From Auanema rhodensis (lineage: Eukaryota > Animalia > Nematoda), in the NCBI GenBank assembly GCA_964057225.1, contig OZ059895.1, forward strand, positions 17,484,001-17,548,000: a stretch of 64,000 bases of DNA, given 5' to 3'. The notes below the pieces were generated by a model. It saw nothing but the letters and a program-made list of their open reading frames with translations, ran no database searches and was not told the DNA's origin. Position numbers and translations under genes: made by a program. Below are positions 63,101 to 64,000 of the stretch, piece after piece. Each line of letters starts with the position of its first letter. Positions within the stretch are counted from its first letter, which is position 1.

Positions 63101-64000
63101 AATCAGAGAAATAAGCAAGTTTATGGTAGTGAAGATAAAAGGCTATACAAAATCTATACATACTACATCATCCTTCTCATCATCGACATCATGATCAATA
63201 TCAACTAAATCATTATGAGCTATAGTACGTTACATCCTTCTGACGTTTAGTCGGCATCCGGCATGAGTCTGCTGATTTAAATGCAAGCAACAGGTCTTTC
63301 GGATTGATAGGCGACCATAATGAAGCATGAAACAAAGGAAACATCCCTCATGACTCTAAGCACTCAGTTGATCTTTCTCTTCCTCTCTCTTTCTCTGTAT
63401 ATGTCTTCTAAATCAGAGTATTGCCCAGGAGACAGCATAATCATTATCCTCATCAGCAGCAGCTACAACGCCATCATCAGTGGTAACATTATAGTACAGA
63501 CGAGACAAACATTCCAAGCAAAAAAATTTTCTTTTTCAAGTTGCCTGATGAATGGATGAATTCATTCGTCGAATTACGATATAATAGATGAAAAGATGAC
63601 GAACAAATCTACAGCATTAGCCTCCTCAACCACACGCACGCACTCACTCCCATCTCCTCCCTCCCTTTTCCCATCCCGTTGCCTCCGTCACCATTCTAGC
63701 AGCACCATCATCGTCACTACCACCCACGCAACATGATCCCAAAATCTTCAAACAGCAAATAGAAAACGGGATAATAACAATGCTCGTCCCTATATTTTTT
63801 TCTGTCTCATCACAGGAGATTGGAGTGCGGAGGCAGTTACTTACATATATTCTTTAAGCTTAAGATGCAACCATCCATATGAGATCGTAGTCCCTCAATC
63901 TCCTCTCTTTCAATCCTTCCATCTCTTGCTCTCTCTTGGTTACTTTCAACTATCTCATATGTCCAGACATTGAAGGAAGCAGGATATGTATGCTAAGCAC

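Overview
AT-rich eukaryotic DNA, almost certainly a rhabditid nematode (inferred from TTTCAG/TTTTAG acceptors, ~45-60 nt introns and a tRNA nearly identical to C. elegans Thr-AGT as I recall it). Bases 1-17.5 kb are a tandem array of about 61 tRNA-Thr(AGT) units (244 bp intact, 225-227 bp when internally deleted). About 34 are full-length 72-nt genes, 20 carry 17-19 bp deletions from the anticodon arm into the T arm, and the rest are D-loop variants, truncated or interrupted. The array flips orientation at ~7360 through a junction with a templated insert, and several independent rearrangement breakpoints cluster just 3' of the anticodon. One tRNA copy is split by a 3330-bp non-autonomous Gypsy-like LTR element with apparently identical 337-bp LTRs, non-canonical CG...CG ends, a 4-bp TSD and a tRNA-Gln-like PBS. 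The rest of the window holds spliced genes: an SLC7/LAT amino-acid transporter (-), a MARVEL-like 4-TM protein (+), a START-domain protein (+), a MADF protein (-), a PDPR/sarcosine-dehydrogenase-family flavoprotein (-), a short divergent CNOT10-like TPR protein (-) and most of a PDE8-type phosphodiesterase (pde-6, -) with a candidate pair of mutually exclusive 115-nt exons in its PAS domain. All calls were made by eye; no searches were run.
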